A stretch of 59,786 bases of DNA, filler included, from Dugesia japonica (Eukaryota): the NCBI GenBank assembly GCA_001938525.1. It is 5 parts of 5 records of this genome, joined end to end, with 100 filler letters (N's around TTAATTAATTAA, not from the genome) between each part and the next. Parts side by side here need not be neighbours in the genome. Positions count along the whole stretch, not along the records: positions 11,354 to 20,518 come from MQRL01599450.1; positions 20,619 to 32,909 come from MQRL01603017.1; 3 more parts are not named here. The stretch is one strand, 5' to 3'. The notes beneath the pieces were generated by a model. The model had not been told where the DNA came from and searched no databases. It saw only the letters and a program-made list of their open reading frames with translations. Shown here in pieces: positions 12,706-25,511 of the stretch. Numbering within the stretch: the stretch's first letter is position 1; the number at the start of each line of letters is the position of its first letter. Position numbers and translations under genes: made by a program.

Positions 12706-15039
12706 TAGATTTTTATCGAATTGTTAAAATTAATTTTATTTTTCGAAATGATTGCATAATTTATTGAATAACCAGAACCTTTAATATATAAGCTCTTTTA
12801 AATGAATTATATATTGAAAATGACAGATGTTCTGTCAAATAATGTTATAAAAAATGCATATTGAAATGGCGTTTCATATTTTTTATTTAATTATTTAAAT
12901 NNNNNNNNNNNNNNNNNNNNNNNNNNNNNNNNNNNNNNNNNNNNNNNNNNNNNNNNNNNNNNNNNNNNNNNNNNNNNNNNNNNNNNNNNNNNNNNNNNNN
13001 NNNNNNNNNNNNNNNNAATATTAAAATCTTTTTAAAAAAAGAAAATATTTCAAGGTTATCTGATTTATGGAATATAAAATTTTGTGGGAATTTATTTTTG
13101 TTTAAATATTAATTTTTGAAATATTATTAGTTAAAATTTCAATGGAAAGAAAAATATGAAAAATTCATTTCATCAATATGTTTCAATTAAAACAAAATTT
13201 TTAAATTTTCAATGTAAACAAAGTTTAATTTTAATCTTTCAAACTGAGAAATTCTACAAAATAAAATTCATGTATTCCATAATTGAATTTAATTAATCCG
13301 GATTTTCAAAATATCACATTACCAAGAAATTTTAATTGTTTTTTTTTTAATTTAAAAAAAATTTTACAAATCTCTCAAGCAGATGTTAACAAGTGAAAAT
13401 TTGATTACATTTAAATTTCGTGACCTCAAATTTATTCATGTCCCAATAAATGCATTTAATGACGAGAGATTTTCATGAAAAAAAAATTTCCAGAAAAAAC
13501 TTTACGATATAATTAAAACAAAATTTTCCATTAAATAAAGTTTAAATATGAAAATAAAAGATTTTTTTTTAAATGGAATTTTCTTGTACAAATGATCAAT
13601 TGAATTTCAATTAAAAATTGAAGACAACTTTAATTTGCGGTCAATATTTGCTACATGATGTTTTTAATAAAAAAAAAAACTTTTTTTCCATGTGTTTAAC
13701 AGACAATATCATTACAAATTCAGAGAAAGAAAGAGAGGGGAAATTACACCAAAGTATTTACTAATATCTACCAAATAAATTTTAAAAATCAAATCAATTT
13801 CTCTACTACTTCAACAACCCAATTAATAAAAAAATATAATCTAATTTTTTTTGCAGTTGGGAATTCAGTGGAGAAATATTTTTTTTATTTGCTATTTATT
13901 CCTTACACAACACATTATAAACAGAATAATTACTAATTTCTAACAGCAATAAATGGAAACAGCGCTAAAGATATTTACTGTTCCACTCATTAATGTCTAT
14001 CGAACCCCGGGATTCTGATTAATCATTTAGGATTTGTCGATTAAATTAAATTAAATCTCATAAATGATGAAGTTGGTGCATCAATCATCCAGTTTTTAAT
14101 TGCCAATCATCTGCACTTTCTGTGCACAATAGTTTATTAGAATAAACCAGTGTCACTCCCAAACCATCGTCGCCATCAAAACATGAGATTAAATTCTAAT
14201 GTCTCCTCGAAAAATAAAATTAAAAATCCGAACAAATTGCTGAAAATACACAAATTACACCCAAGTTGGTTTCTGTNNNNNNNNNNAAAAAAAAATCAAA
14301 TTATCTATAACTTAAACTAATGATGAGAAAGTTATGATTATTTACACAAATTCAATTATTTTTACATTGACATGTGCCCATAAAAAACTTGGTAAATACC
14401 ATGTGCCTGTTATTACGCCAGGCTAATAATTTTCTAGTGCTAGCGCTAAAACTTTTCAGTGTCCACTGGGCTTGTAAATGCTACTGAAATTATTATTTTT
14501 TTTTTCGTTTTTTCTCCTTTAACTGTAGAAGTTTTAATGATTTGATATTTTCAATATACATCAACCAATTTTTTGATGATGAAATTTCTTAATTAATTAT
14601 TCTGTTATCGAGTGAATATGTGATAAAGTAGTGGGAGATTATGTTGGTAATTATCATTTATTGTTTTAATTATATTAGCAATTAAAGCATCTCACACTTA
14701 ACTGAAATAATTTACTAAAAAACACCATCAGTTCATCTATTTTTTATTACTATTATTAAAACGAAAAAAATTTATTTGATTTGATTTTCTTGTATATATA
14801 TATATATATATATNNNNNNNNNNNNNNNNNNNNNNNNNNNNNNNNNNNNNNNNNNNNNNNNNNNNNNNNNNNNNNNNNNNNNNNNNNNNNNNNNNNNNNN
14901 NNNNNNNNNNNNNNNNNNNNNNNNNNNNAAAAAAAATAAATCTGACATTAATAACAAATATGTTTAAAAATTTAAAGAATAATTGATAACAAATTATGCG
15001 AAGTGTTGATAATTAAATGTTATAATGAATAAAGATAAA

Positions 15040-15657
15040 TTATTGATAACATAGAAATAATATGTTGATAACATATTTATAACATATTTTGATAATGTAT
15101 TGATAATATATTTTGGTAATATATTGATAATGTATTGATAATATATTTTGGTAATAAGTTGATAAGATATTTGATATTGATAACATATTGATAACATATT
15201 GATAACATATTGATAACATATTGATAANNNNNNNNNNNNNNNNNNNNNNNNNNNNNNNNNNNNNNNNNNNNNNNNNNAACATATTGATAACATATTGATA
15301 ACATATTAATAACATATTAATAACATATTAATAACATATTGATAATATATTGATAACATATTGATAACATATTGATAACATATTGATAACATATTGATAA
15401 CATATTGATAACATATTGATAACATATTNNNNNNNNNNNNNNNNNNNNNNNNNNNNNNNNNNNNNNNNNNNNNNNNNNNNNNNNNNNNNNNNNNNNNNNN
15501 NNNNNNNNNNNNNNNNNNNNNNNNNNNNNNNNNNNNNNNNNNNNNNNNNNNNNNNNNNNNNNNNNNNNNNNNNNNNNNNNNNNNNNNNNNNNNNNNNNNN
15601 NNNNNNNNNNNNNNNNNNNNATAACATATTGATAACATATTGATAACATATTGATAA
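15040..15657. repeat. 11-bp tandem repeat (ATTGATAACAT)n, partly in gaps
   Basis: Many directly visible units; these generate the spurious MLSICYQYVIN ORFs. Confidence 0.95.
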
Positions 15658-16619
15658 AAATGGATTAACTTATGTCCAGTAAATAAAATGTTAATAAAAA
15701 TGTGAGGAAATCCGTATTTTGCAGGTGCATTTGGTTAACTGAAAAGACTAATTTAAAAAATCTAGTTTTAAAGAAACGTTTTCGTTTAATAAAATAATGG
15801 TTGTAGTTCATATTGAATTTTTGAATTATAGGTTTAATAGTAAAATCCCAATTTGTTATCAAATTGCATTAAAATAGCATATTGATAAAGATTTAGGTTG
15901 AACGCAACATTTACAAATTAAAAAGACAATACTTGACTAATTGTTTATATTTTTATTTATAAATTCTTCGTGAACTAATAAAGAAATATCTAATCATCTA
16001 AACATATTGCATCTAATCATTTCGGATTTAATGGATTCAAAGTGTATCGAAACAAAAAGAATTTGTCCTTTTCAAGTATTTAACATATATTGAAATTTCT
16101 AATCAGCATACTAATGATATCAGAACAAGAAAAATAATCTAGTAATAATGCTATCAAAGTAAATCTTTTCTTCATATGACGGTGACTTTTATGTTTAATA
16201 CAGACTACCAACTTAAATGTTTACTTTACACAAGAAAAATTAAAATGTTGCACTATAAAAAAACGAAAATGATTTGTTTCTAAATTGTTGGCTAAATTCA
16301 TTTTTATCAATTAAATATTTTTTTAAAAATATAACAAATTAAATTTTTAGAATTTTTAAGTGAGAAACTAAAANTTTTTTTTTCAATTGAAAACAATTTC
16401 AAATATTAGAATAAATTTAAATTAGAATGAATTTTATGATAAAATTTCAAGAAATTAAGACACCATAAAAAATAATTTTGAATTACACAGCAAACTAAGT
16501 AGTTTGTTTAAATCTATTAAATAATTAAAAGAATTTGTTGTGATATACTTGATAAAGATATAAACATAGTTTGAGTACAAGCTAATTTAACATGTTTATA
16601 TTATTCGTGAGAAGAAATT

Positions 16620-17240
16620 ACATTAAGTTCATATCTCAAACAGAAAGAAAGTAAAATCTTCAAACAATTTCAAAACAAACATAATGTTTTCCAGAAAATC
16701 ATCATATTACATGGAAAACATTAGGAACAGGCTACATTTCTACATTTCACAGAAACAAAATTGAACTAATAATAATTAAAGAGGATAAACCCCAGATCAA
16801 CAATTACAATAATTGAAAAAATTTGAAAAAATAAAAAGTTTGTATCAATATCAATAAATAATATGTTTAAAATAAATATGTTTATATAAAAAACTAAATA
16901 ATATGAATTAAATAAAAAACTTTTTTAATAACAACACAAAATTTAAAAATTTTAAATATAATATAATATAATAATTGTAAAAAAGAAATTTAAAAATTCC
17001 TAACATTTAATATCGAATAAACATTTTTAAAATGTTTATTTAAAAGTAAAAATTAAAATTCATAATTAAAATAAACCAATAAAATGTCGATAAAATCTAA
17101 AGAATTGAGATGGAGCGTTGAATCTATCAAGAAGCCAACATGTTCCTGAAGAAGATTCTTGTCGAAAATTTGAACATTTTTACAAATACATTTTATTTTG
17201 ATCGAAGCTTTTTCTTTATTTTAATGAAATTTCATATTAA
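16620..17240 (+). mobile_element. Penelope-like element 3' remnant (GIY-YIG tail plus pLTR)
   Basis: 16628-16816 aligns by eye with the GIY-YIG tail at 51765-51940(-) (KTLGT.YIST.HR...IKEDK). A same-strand hammerhead and the pLTR-like repeat follow. Confidence 0.75.
17140..17177 (+). ncRNA. Minimal type I hammerhead ribozyme (PLE-type)
   Basis: ATGTTC-CTGAAGA-a-GAT-tctt-GTC-GAAA-ATTT-GAACAT: intact core, 6-bp stem I, loopless palindromic stem III. Confidence 0.8.
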
Positions 17241-19006
17241 AAATCGATTTTGTGTACGAAATTCAGTAAAAGTCAATTTTCTTCTGAACTGAGAAATTTT
17301 CTAGATTTTTATAATATATTAAATAAGAATAATGGATATTTTTGATTAATTCGCCGAGTTTATTTATTTTAATTTCGTTTAAATTTATTATCAAAACATT
17401 AAATTTTATTAATTTGTTACGCAAAACAATTAACAGAAGAAGAAAGAACAAACATCAAACCGTAAAGAAATTAATGCGTTAACTAGAAAATTCGAAAAGA
17501 AAATAAAACGTTTTACAACTACGGTGATCATTGGAAAACAAAATTTTCGATAAATTTAATCATAAATATAAGTATAACGAATTTCAAGCAAATGAACAAT
17601 GCACTCTATACACTGCATGATATTGTCTCAACATGAAATCCATTCTTCTGTTGAGGTTTTGAAATGTGGCTGGTGTAATAACTGAGATTCTTAAGAATGC
17701 AACAATATTGAAATAGTAAATTATTTCTTAATTGGTATTCTAATCAACCAATCAGAAGCAGTCTGTCACGCGTTTAAAACATGATGCTATAAATTGCACT
17801 TCTAAATTTAATTCGAATTGCCTCCTTGTATAATAAATGAAGCTTTAAATTTGGGAGAAAATTATAAAAATAAAAATGTAAAACGTATACCAAAAAGTGA
17901 CGCTTTAGAAAAATCAAGAGTTTTGCCTAATTAAAACAGAAAAATTGTTTGGAACTTAAGTTAAAACCCAATTAGAATTACCTATTACTGGGTGATGACT
18001 GGAAAAACCCTTACAAAGAATTCAAACTACTAAATTTATTGAATAACTGAATAAACCACCACTGGCTAAACTCATGAAGTGTCAGATTTGCAGTTAACTC
18101 ATATATAAAACGTTTAGTGAGACTTACCACAGAATCATCTTTAGAATTTTGCTACAAGTATTATTGGTATAATACAAGATGAAAAAATTAAAGAAAAATT
18201 TTGAGCAACAAAACTATGGGGTGTATTTAGAGAAGAAAAAAATGTAGAAATTAATGCTAGGAATTATTTGCAGATATTAGAATGTTTTGAAATATAATTT
18301 TCTGACAAGTAGTCAACTAGAAGGCTGAACTTGAATCTCATATAGGTTGTAAGGTATTCTATTTCAAAACGCTAATATTACCACGCGGAAATATTCCAAT
18401 TTATATAAAAGGAAGTGTATATTAATGATTTTAGAATTTCAATTAAAAACATTATTTAAAAATAACTTAGCAACCGCCGAAAATTAAAAGAAATTAATTT
18501 TGAAACTGGAAAATAAATTTCAAATTTTGGCAATTGAAATACAAAGAGAACTAAGTTGACAACCTGGAAAAAAGAAGATTTTAGCAAATAAAATAAATTA
18601 TACAATAAGGATAAAATCGGACCAGCACAAAAAAATGCGAATAATAAACCACTTGAAATCAAAATATGTAATTTGAGAAAACAATCAACTGAAACAGACG
18701 TGTTCTCTAATCAACAACACATAAAGAATTGAAAATCGAAATTAAAAAAATGCATTCGAGGACTTATTTAATTGAAACATTAGTATTTTAAGAATTAATT
18801 AAAGAAATAATTCCACTCAAGCAGTTGTATTCTCTAATAGAAGCCAAATTAATAGACGTTCGAGGAAAAGGTGCTGTTTCAAAAAATGTCGAAGTAAATA
18901 ATATTATTTTCCAATTACAATTATTGCGAGAATAATTGTTGGACAAAACCATTAATCGTTTTTCAGAATTCATTTAAAATAAAAACATTTTTTTGTTTTT
19001 GATAAT

Positions 19007-19041
19007 AATTCAAATTTTCGACTTTGTCTTCGTCAGGAATT
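19007..19041 (-). ncRNA. Minimal hammerhead ribozyme
   Basis: Minus strand reads AATTC-CTGACGA-a-GAC-aaa-GTC-GAAA-ATTT-GAATT; the core is intact. Confidence 0.8.
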
Positions 19042-19104
19042 GACTTTTTTTGATTAATTCAATATTTCCATTATAAACATAAATCTTGAATAAATCAAAA
19101 AACT

Positions 19105-19140
19105 GAATTCCTGATGAAGACAAAGTCAAAAATTAGAATT
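19105..19140 (+). ncRNA. Hammerhead ribozyme, probably inactive (GAAA changed to AAAA)
   Basis: GAATTC-CTGATGA-a-GAC-aaa-GTC-AAAA-ATTA-GAATT; catalytic G12 is replaced. Confidence 0.65.
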
Positions 19141-20449
19141 ATTATCAAAAACAAAAACAAAATTTTACTCGAAGCTTTTATTTTAATAAATAATATTTGG
19201 TTTTACAAACTTTNAACAAATTTTGTTGATCTTTGATTGACCTCATTATTATTTATTTACATATTCTTTGTCTTATCAGTCTTTGTAATTTATAAAACAT
19301 AAAATTTGCGGTGACTTTTTTGGGGCCATTAAACTCATAAATAATTGAATAATATAATATAAATTAGTAAAAGAAAAAGAATTAAATTATATGATTTTAG
19401 AAATCGAATTAACCTGTTCTTATTAAAACGAATCTATAAGAGTCATAAAAGGAGGCATAAGACCTGAACAGGAAGGAATTGTTTTACAATTACAATTATA
19501 TCGAGAATAATTTTTGGACATAACCATTGATCGTTTTACAGAATTCTTTGAAAATAAAAGCTTCAATCAAAATTGAATTATAAGAATTGGATTATAAATT
19601 TAACTTTTATTGTTATATTCAATGTCAAACAGAATATTTTGTTATTTACAATAATGGTTGTTCTACATATTAATAAAAAATTTTACAAATTTTGTGATAA
19701 AAATAAAGTTTTTAATCTATGTTAAATTCATTTTAAGAGGCTTTGTGATGATACTTTTGTAAGAATTCAATTACTAAAGAAAAATGAAATGATTTATTTA
19801 AACAATTAATAATAAAATTACACACATACATTGAAAATCAATTTTACTTATTTATCACTTAATTATTTGAGTTTTATTATAAAATATTAGGAGGTAATTA
19901 GTATTTATTTATTAAATACAAATGGAAATAATAAATATGTTTTATTTAAACAAAAAATCGGAAATTTGTTGAAATGTTGAATATTATTATAAATACATTT
20001 TTATTCAAAACGAAATAAAACATTATTTTAATAAAATATGCAAACTCGAAAAACAACATAGAAAAAATATATTTTTCTTTTATATTATTACAGAAGATAT
20101 TTTTCAAAGAAATACTTTAATTTGACAATTAATTTTTTATTCAATTAATAACATTATATAATTAACTTTCAAGGTATTTTCAATTATAAGGGTTTTTTTA
20201 TTTAAAAGAAACAATTTTTTATCAGGATTTTATGTGTGAAATATACGACACTTGATTGTGACACGATTGTTTTTTATTAAATTACAACTTTTTGTTTCAG
20301 AAGAATCAACAGCTGCATACTCACATTTGTAAACTTTTTCTCGTTTTGTTTGAATTTTTCGAAGTTACCTCATCAGGAAAAGTTATTTTGTAAATTATAT
20401 TTCATGTCTGTTGATATTAATTAATTGGAAATCATAAATGTATTATAAT

Positions 20450-20450
<1 letters not shown>

Positions 20451-20518
<68 letters not shown>
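20451..20518. repeat. (AAT)n/(ATT)n fold-back microsatellite
   Basis: An AAT run switches to its reverse complement ATT, next to a gap. Confidence 0.85.
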
Positions 20519-20730
20519 NNNNNNNNNNNNNNNNNNNNNNNNNNNNNNNNNNNNNNNNNNNNTTAATTAATTAANNNNNNNNNNNNNNNNNNNNNNNNNN
20601 NNNNNNNNNNNNNNNNNNAATCGGAATAGAAAAGAGAAAGAAAAATAAATGAATTGGTTTTGTAGTCATATTTAGAGATAACCAATAATTACATTCCATT
20701 TAATGAAATGCAATTAATTATCGATTTTAG

Positions 20731-21747
20731 AAACAAGAAATCAGTGAAAATAATATGAAAAATTTAGAAGCAAATCAAACAACCTTTATCAAATATAATG
20801 ATTCATGGAGCCAATTTTTAGAACCTGAAACATATGCAATAACGAAAGTCTGTTTTAGTGTTTGCATAATCACTACATCATTCCATGCAGTTTTAATCAC
20901 AACAAATCGTCAACTTCGTCGTCTATATGGTCTTTGTTTGTGTATGACTTTATACTTAATGTTGATTTCTTATTTCGGAACACTTTTGGCTTGCTCATTT
21001 ATCTTCAGTAAAATGTTTGAATTTGGAATTAATATTCTAACAAATTCTTCTATTATGGGTATTAATACAAGTATTTTTGCTGGTTTATTAATTGATTCAT
21101 ATTTTCTTCATATCGGTCAGTATTCACTTCCTCAGCGTAGGAAAAATAAGATTTTGTTTCTTTGCTGTCAAGTGTTGATAGCTTTAATTCTTCCATTTCT
21201 GTTCATAGTTTTATATTTAGCATTTACTATTCAACCTTTTATAAAACGTTCTGTTTATAATCAAACATGGATTCTACCTAAAAAAGAAGTTCTTTGCGGG
21301 ATTGGATCTACTCATGTTATGAACATTATGTTGTTTTCTACAATAATATTTGTATTATTAATACAAATCATTTTAACAATTATAAATGGACGAAAATTCT
21401 CTTTCTTAACTGGTGAATGTATGCTTATTTCGAATTTGCGAGATATGAAATCCAGACACTTCATGCATATAAAATTAGTATTTACTAATACTTTAATTTG
21501 GATTATAGCATTCTTCGCTGTTGAATTTAATATAACATCAATGTGGCACATTTTTACTTTAAGTTGTTCGTTACAATCAATATTTCTAGCAATTAGTTTC
21601 ATTTTCAGTAGACCTGTACTTGATATATTACACAATGGAGATCAATCAAAAGGAATAAGTCGATTGGCATTAAATAAAGGTATTCTTTATTCAGCAGTAC
21701 CTCGATTAACATTGAAAAATAATATTATTAAAAAAAGTAATATTTAA
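20731..21747 (+). CDS. Family-B-like (Methuselah/adhesion-type) GPCR, 7TM-coding terminal exon
   Basis: The 330-aa ORF has about seven hydrophobic segments, with LRRLYGLCL after TM1, IWIIAFF in TM6 and LQSIFLAISFIFSRPV in TM7. An in-frame acceptor TTTTAG ends at 20730, and AATAAA lies at 21901. Confidence 0.8.
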   Translation, partial: KQEISENNMKNLEANQTTFIKYNDSWSQFLEPETYAITKVCFSVCIITTSFHAVLITTNRQLRRLYGLCLCMTLYLMLISYFGTLLACSFIFSKMFEFGINILTNSSIMGINTSIFAGLLIDSYFLHIGQYSLPQRRKNKILFLCCQVLIALILPFLFIVLYLAFTIQPFIKRSVYNQTWILPKKEVLCGIGSTHVMNIMLFSTIIFVLLIQIILTIINGRKFSFLTGECMLISNLRDMKSRHFMHIKLVFTNTLIWIIAFFAVEFNITSMWHIFTLSCSLQSIFLAISFIFSRPVLDILHNGDQSKGISRLALNKGILYSAVPRLTLKNNIIKKSNI

Positions 21748-21948
21748 AATATAAGAAATTTTAAATGACATTTTTTGTTTCAGTAGTATATTTTTGTTAT
21801 ATTTATTTTTTAATATAATATTTTCCGTGATTATTTTTACTCACAATATTTTAAATCTTTAAGTATATGAAAAAATGTTTTTTATAATAGAATTTTTTAC
21901 AATAAAAAACCCTAAAAATAATCAAAATAATAAAAACTTAAAGGTTAA

Positions 21949-21980
21949 TTCCTGAAGATGACAAAAGTCGAAAATTTGAA
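21949..21980 (+). ncRNA. Minimal hammerhead ribozyme
   Basis: TTC-CTGAAGA-t-GAC-aaaa-GTC-GAAA-ATTT-GAA; the core is intact but stem I is short. Confidence 0.7.
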
Positions 21981-22299
21981 AAACTAACAACAACCAAAAA
22001 AATATTAATAAAACAACATTTTGATAAAAGATTTTAATTTAATGAAAACTTCTTTATATTATCTGAAGCAGTATTGTTCTAAGAGTTCCGTAAAAGGAAT
22101 TGGGAAATATTCAAAATTGCTAGTGTTATNNNNNNNNNNNNNNNNNNNNNNNTTAAAAATTATTATGAAATAAATTTTAGATATTTCTAGACTTTGTTTT
22201 CAATTTAAATTTCTAATTATATTAGTTACACTAGTATTATAATAAAAGTTGTTAGTCTAAATAAATATTACTGGTCGCATTTAATAATGTTTTCAGTTA

Positions 22300-22920
22300 T
22301 AGAGAGGGGTGAGTTCTGTTATAATGAAATTCTTTCCAGGATTCTGTCAAATAAGTCAAAGTTTAGTTTGGTCTGCATTTCACACTATTATCGATTTTTT
22401 TTGGCTTAGATGATAAATTCTAGCATGGACTCATACTGCAAAATAGTAGCATTCCGGCGACGCAATTGGTTTTTTGATGAGTATTCATATATTATTAATT
22501 ATTTTACTTAAATCAGGAGATATATATTACTCTACAGAGAGTAATATTTGGATTTAGAGTACAATAAAATGAATGTTTTATTAAGCATAACAAATGATGC
22601 TTTAGAATGTGAGATCGTGGACGATGAAATAGAAATTAATGACAATATCAACTCAAAATTAGTTACAGAACAAGAATTTTACAATGCATTTCAGTCGAAC
22701 ACATTTGATAATGATGCAACAATTGGTATTGATACAAAAACAAAGCACAGAAAAAACGAAAATTTAATATGACTTTGGAGAACTGGATGCTAAAGAACTA
22801 AATTTTTTACTGGATTTTTTAAAAAATTTAATTAATTTTTCTCTAAAAGCCGCCATTTTCTAGAAACCACCACCTTTTTTTACAGTCCCATTTTTGGCGG
22901 ATAAGAGAATAGTTACTATA
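22300..22920 (+). mobile_element. Possible pogo/Tigger-like 3' remnant
   Basis: Acidic C-terminal ORF piece, a KFFTGFFKK-like tail (cf. KITDFF), and a terminal ...CAGTCCC...GGCGGATAAGAGAA...ACTATA resembling a pogo TIR. Confidence 0.4.
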
Positions 22921-24639
22921 CTTGCTTTTTGATTTCTTTTATTAATGATAACCTTCAACAATTATTATACGAATATTATTAAATTTTATGTTTGTTTAAC
23001 CGCATCAAATTAATTAATAAACATATGTGTAATCATTTTATATGAACACGTTTTATTTTGTCATAATTTTAAAATTCAGATAAACAATAAGTGACTTCTT
23101 TAATTTTTAAATAGATTTTAATTTAAATGTTTAGAAAAATCAAATATTCAGTCAGATATTATGATAAAGATTGAAAATAGTTGTATGATGAAAATTAAAA
23201 CTGGTTAGTTTTATTTAATTTAAAATTTTAATTGATTTTTTAATGTGTTACTTATGATTTTTATTTGGATATAGAGTCAAATAATATGAATGATGCATGT
23301 ATTAATTGTTGTCATTATTATTGGGGTTTCCTACTGTTACACATAATAAACTAGTAATTAATATGGACTATAAAATATATTAGTATCAGTTTCAGAGGAA
23401 TCGGTTATTAGTTGACTAACAAAATTCTAATCTTTTTTCATGGTGTAAATTATTAGGTTTCTAGCTTATAAATTATGATGTTGTTTATACCACCATTTAC
23501 TATAAAATAAATTAGCATAAGATATTATTTCCAGTTTGACGAATAATTCAGTAATTAATTAAAAGGATGGCTACAAGAACTTCCAGGAAAGTTAACATAA
23601 TAAGTTCAAATTTGATTTCTATTTAGCTGAATACTGTAGGTAATTAATCAAGATAAATTTATCCCTTTTCGATTCTTAATTTAGCGACTAACTCAACCAA
23701 ATTGATTATTTTTATAAAACACAATTAAAACACCACCAACCAAAATGAAAAAAATCAATAAAAATCACTCATAAAAAGACGGATAAATTTATTTAAAGTA
23801 ACACAAAGAATTTGCAATTTACTCCGAGTATTTCCTGTAAAAAGTAATCTTCGCAGAAGCATTAAATTAAAAATTAGTTCTTAATAAGATCGGTATGGGA
23901 ATTATTAATTTTAGCAGCTCAAATACATTATATAAAATCCCAGAATAAAAGGCATTTGAATCAAATTAATATTGGCTACGAAATAAGATAAAATCACCTC
24001 AAGAAACCCCATGGAAGCAGGAGGAAAGTAGATTTCAATTTAAACTAATAAAATTGCATAAAATCATTAATTTAAAATTGTTTAAAAAGAAAAGTGAATA
24101 ATTGTCGAAATTAGCGCATGCTAAATGATGAACTAACACGATGATAATTAGCCACAATAATCTATAATTTTAAATACTCTATGACTAAAACTTTAAAATT
24201 GAGAGATGACAACAACTATTCGGGTAGAAATTTTTTATAAATATATTACTATTTAGTACATAAATTAGAATAAATTAAAAATTTTTAATACTAATACTAA
24301 AATTTCTAGAAGCAGCAAAGGCCATCAGAAGTAAAAACTTTAGCGGCTAAATAAAATATTGATATTGATTCAACAATACTTTTAAGTATGATAAGCAGGT
24401 ATATCATAATTATTTCAAATTAATCATAATAAAGCAATGATCATAGAAGTAATGGTAATCATTGTGGTACTTTCCAGTTATCTCGACCTCATTCAAAAAT
24501 TTTATAATTTTTTAATCTTAATATATTTATAAATTAATTTTCAAAATTAAACAAAATAAATTTTAAATAAAATAAAATATATTATATTAAATATATTAAA
24601 TATTAAATAAAATATTCTTCTTATTTAATTTTAAGAAAG

Positions 24640-25511
24640 ATGAATCTCTAGAGCCTGCCAACTACTGAGGAGGAAGATGTGAAATTCTTTCAAGATCGTG
24701 GTATACTGTCAAAAGAACGAAGATGCAAGAACGACCATCTCATGAAGCTGAACACTGGCAAAGAAATCTTCTGAAAGTGCACACTCAGGGCCTGCTATAA
24801 GAAGATGAATATTCGCAACGGCAACTGGTTCGCTCAATCTCATCTTCCATTCGTTACTATCGCGCGTTTCATCTACATCTGGGCCTGGGAAATGACATCT
24901 GGGAAGCTGTGCAAGAGGGAGCTCGGGATCAACAAGGACACAAAAATAGATTGGAGTAACTATCTGAGGCAAGCATGCATGGAGAATCTACTTGCAAAGT
25001 ATCAAAGACAAATAGGCAGGATGATCGTGGAAATTGATGAGTCACTTTTCACCAAGCGCAAAAACAATGCCGGTCGGGTGCTACCTCAACGATGGATCTT
25101 TGGAGGGATATGCCGCAAAACCAAGGAATGCTTTCTCATCGAAGAGCCAAATCGAAGTGTGCTTCTCTGCTGACTGCAATCAAGGAGAACATTCCCGAGG
25201 AGACCATCATCTACTCAGACAGCTGGAAGGCCTACAAGACACAAGAAATGGAGCAAGCTGGATTTAAACATTTCAGGATCAACCATCGTTACAATTTTGT
25301 AGATGCCGAGACAGGCGCACACACTCAAACCGTGGAAAGGATGTGGGGATCAGCAAAATGGAGGAATAAAAAGCACAGAAGCACCGATCATCACTTCCTG
25401 AAGTCTTACTTGGCCGAGTCCATGTGAAGAAGCAGTATTGACGAAGAGAATTCGTTAGATGCTATTCTGGATGAGATGAAGAATCGTTGGCCGCCTGCTA
25501 TTAGAGAATGA
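24640..25511 (+). mobile_element. Merlin (ISXO2/IS1595-like) DDE transposase pseudogene
   Basis: N-terminal zinc-ribbon cysteines, IVEIDESLFTKRKNNAGR, WIFGGICR, IIYSDSWKAY, H..INHRYNFVD..TGAHTQTVERMW. It carries three in-frame stops and one frameshift. Confidence 0.92.

Larger units (their letters stand above)
18915..19185. repeat. Palindromic (inverted) Penelope pLTR pair
   Basis: About 18990-19068 and 19081-19160 are reverse complements, each carrying a hammerhead motif. The left arm continues into the dispersed pLTR repeat also seen at 19486-19570, 45197-45285, 48007-48070 and 50818-50900. Confidence 0.8.

Noticed and set aside
12812-12845. Hammerhead downstream of the 12.4-kb GIY-YIG remnant
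   Set aside because: The GACAG/CTGTC stem is present but both core boxes are degenerate (TTGAAAA, AAAT).
14994-15649. MLSICYQYVIN repeat proteins
   Set aside because: These are translations of an 11-bp satellite and N runs.
21312-21635. Antisense ORF in the GPCR, and similar shadow ORFs over TEs and SNIP1
   Set aside because: These are shadow frames of real coding sequence with no independent features.
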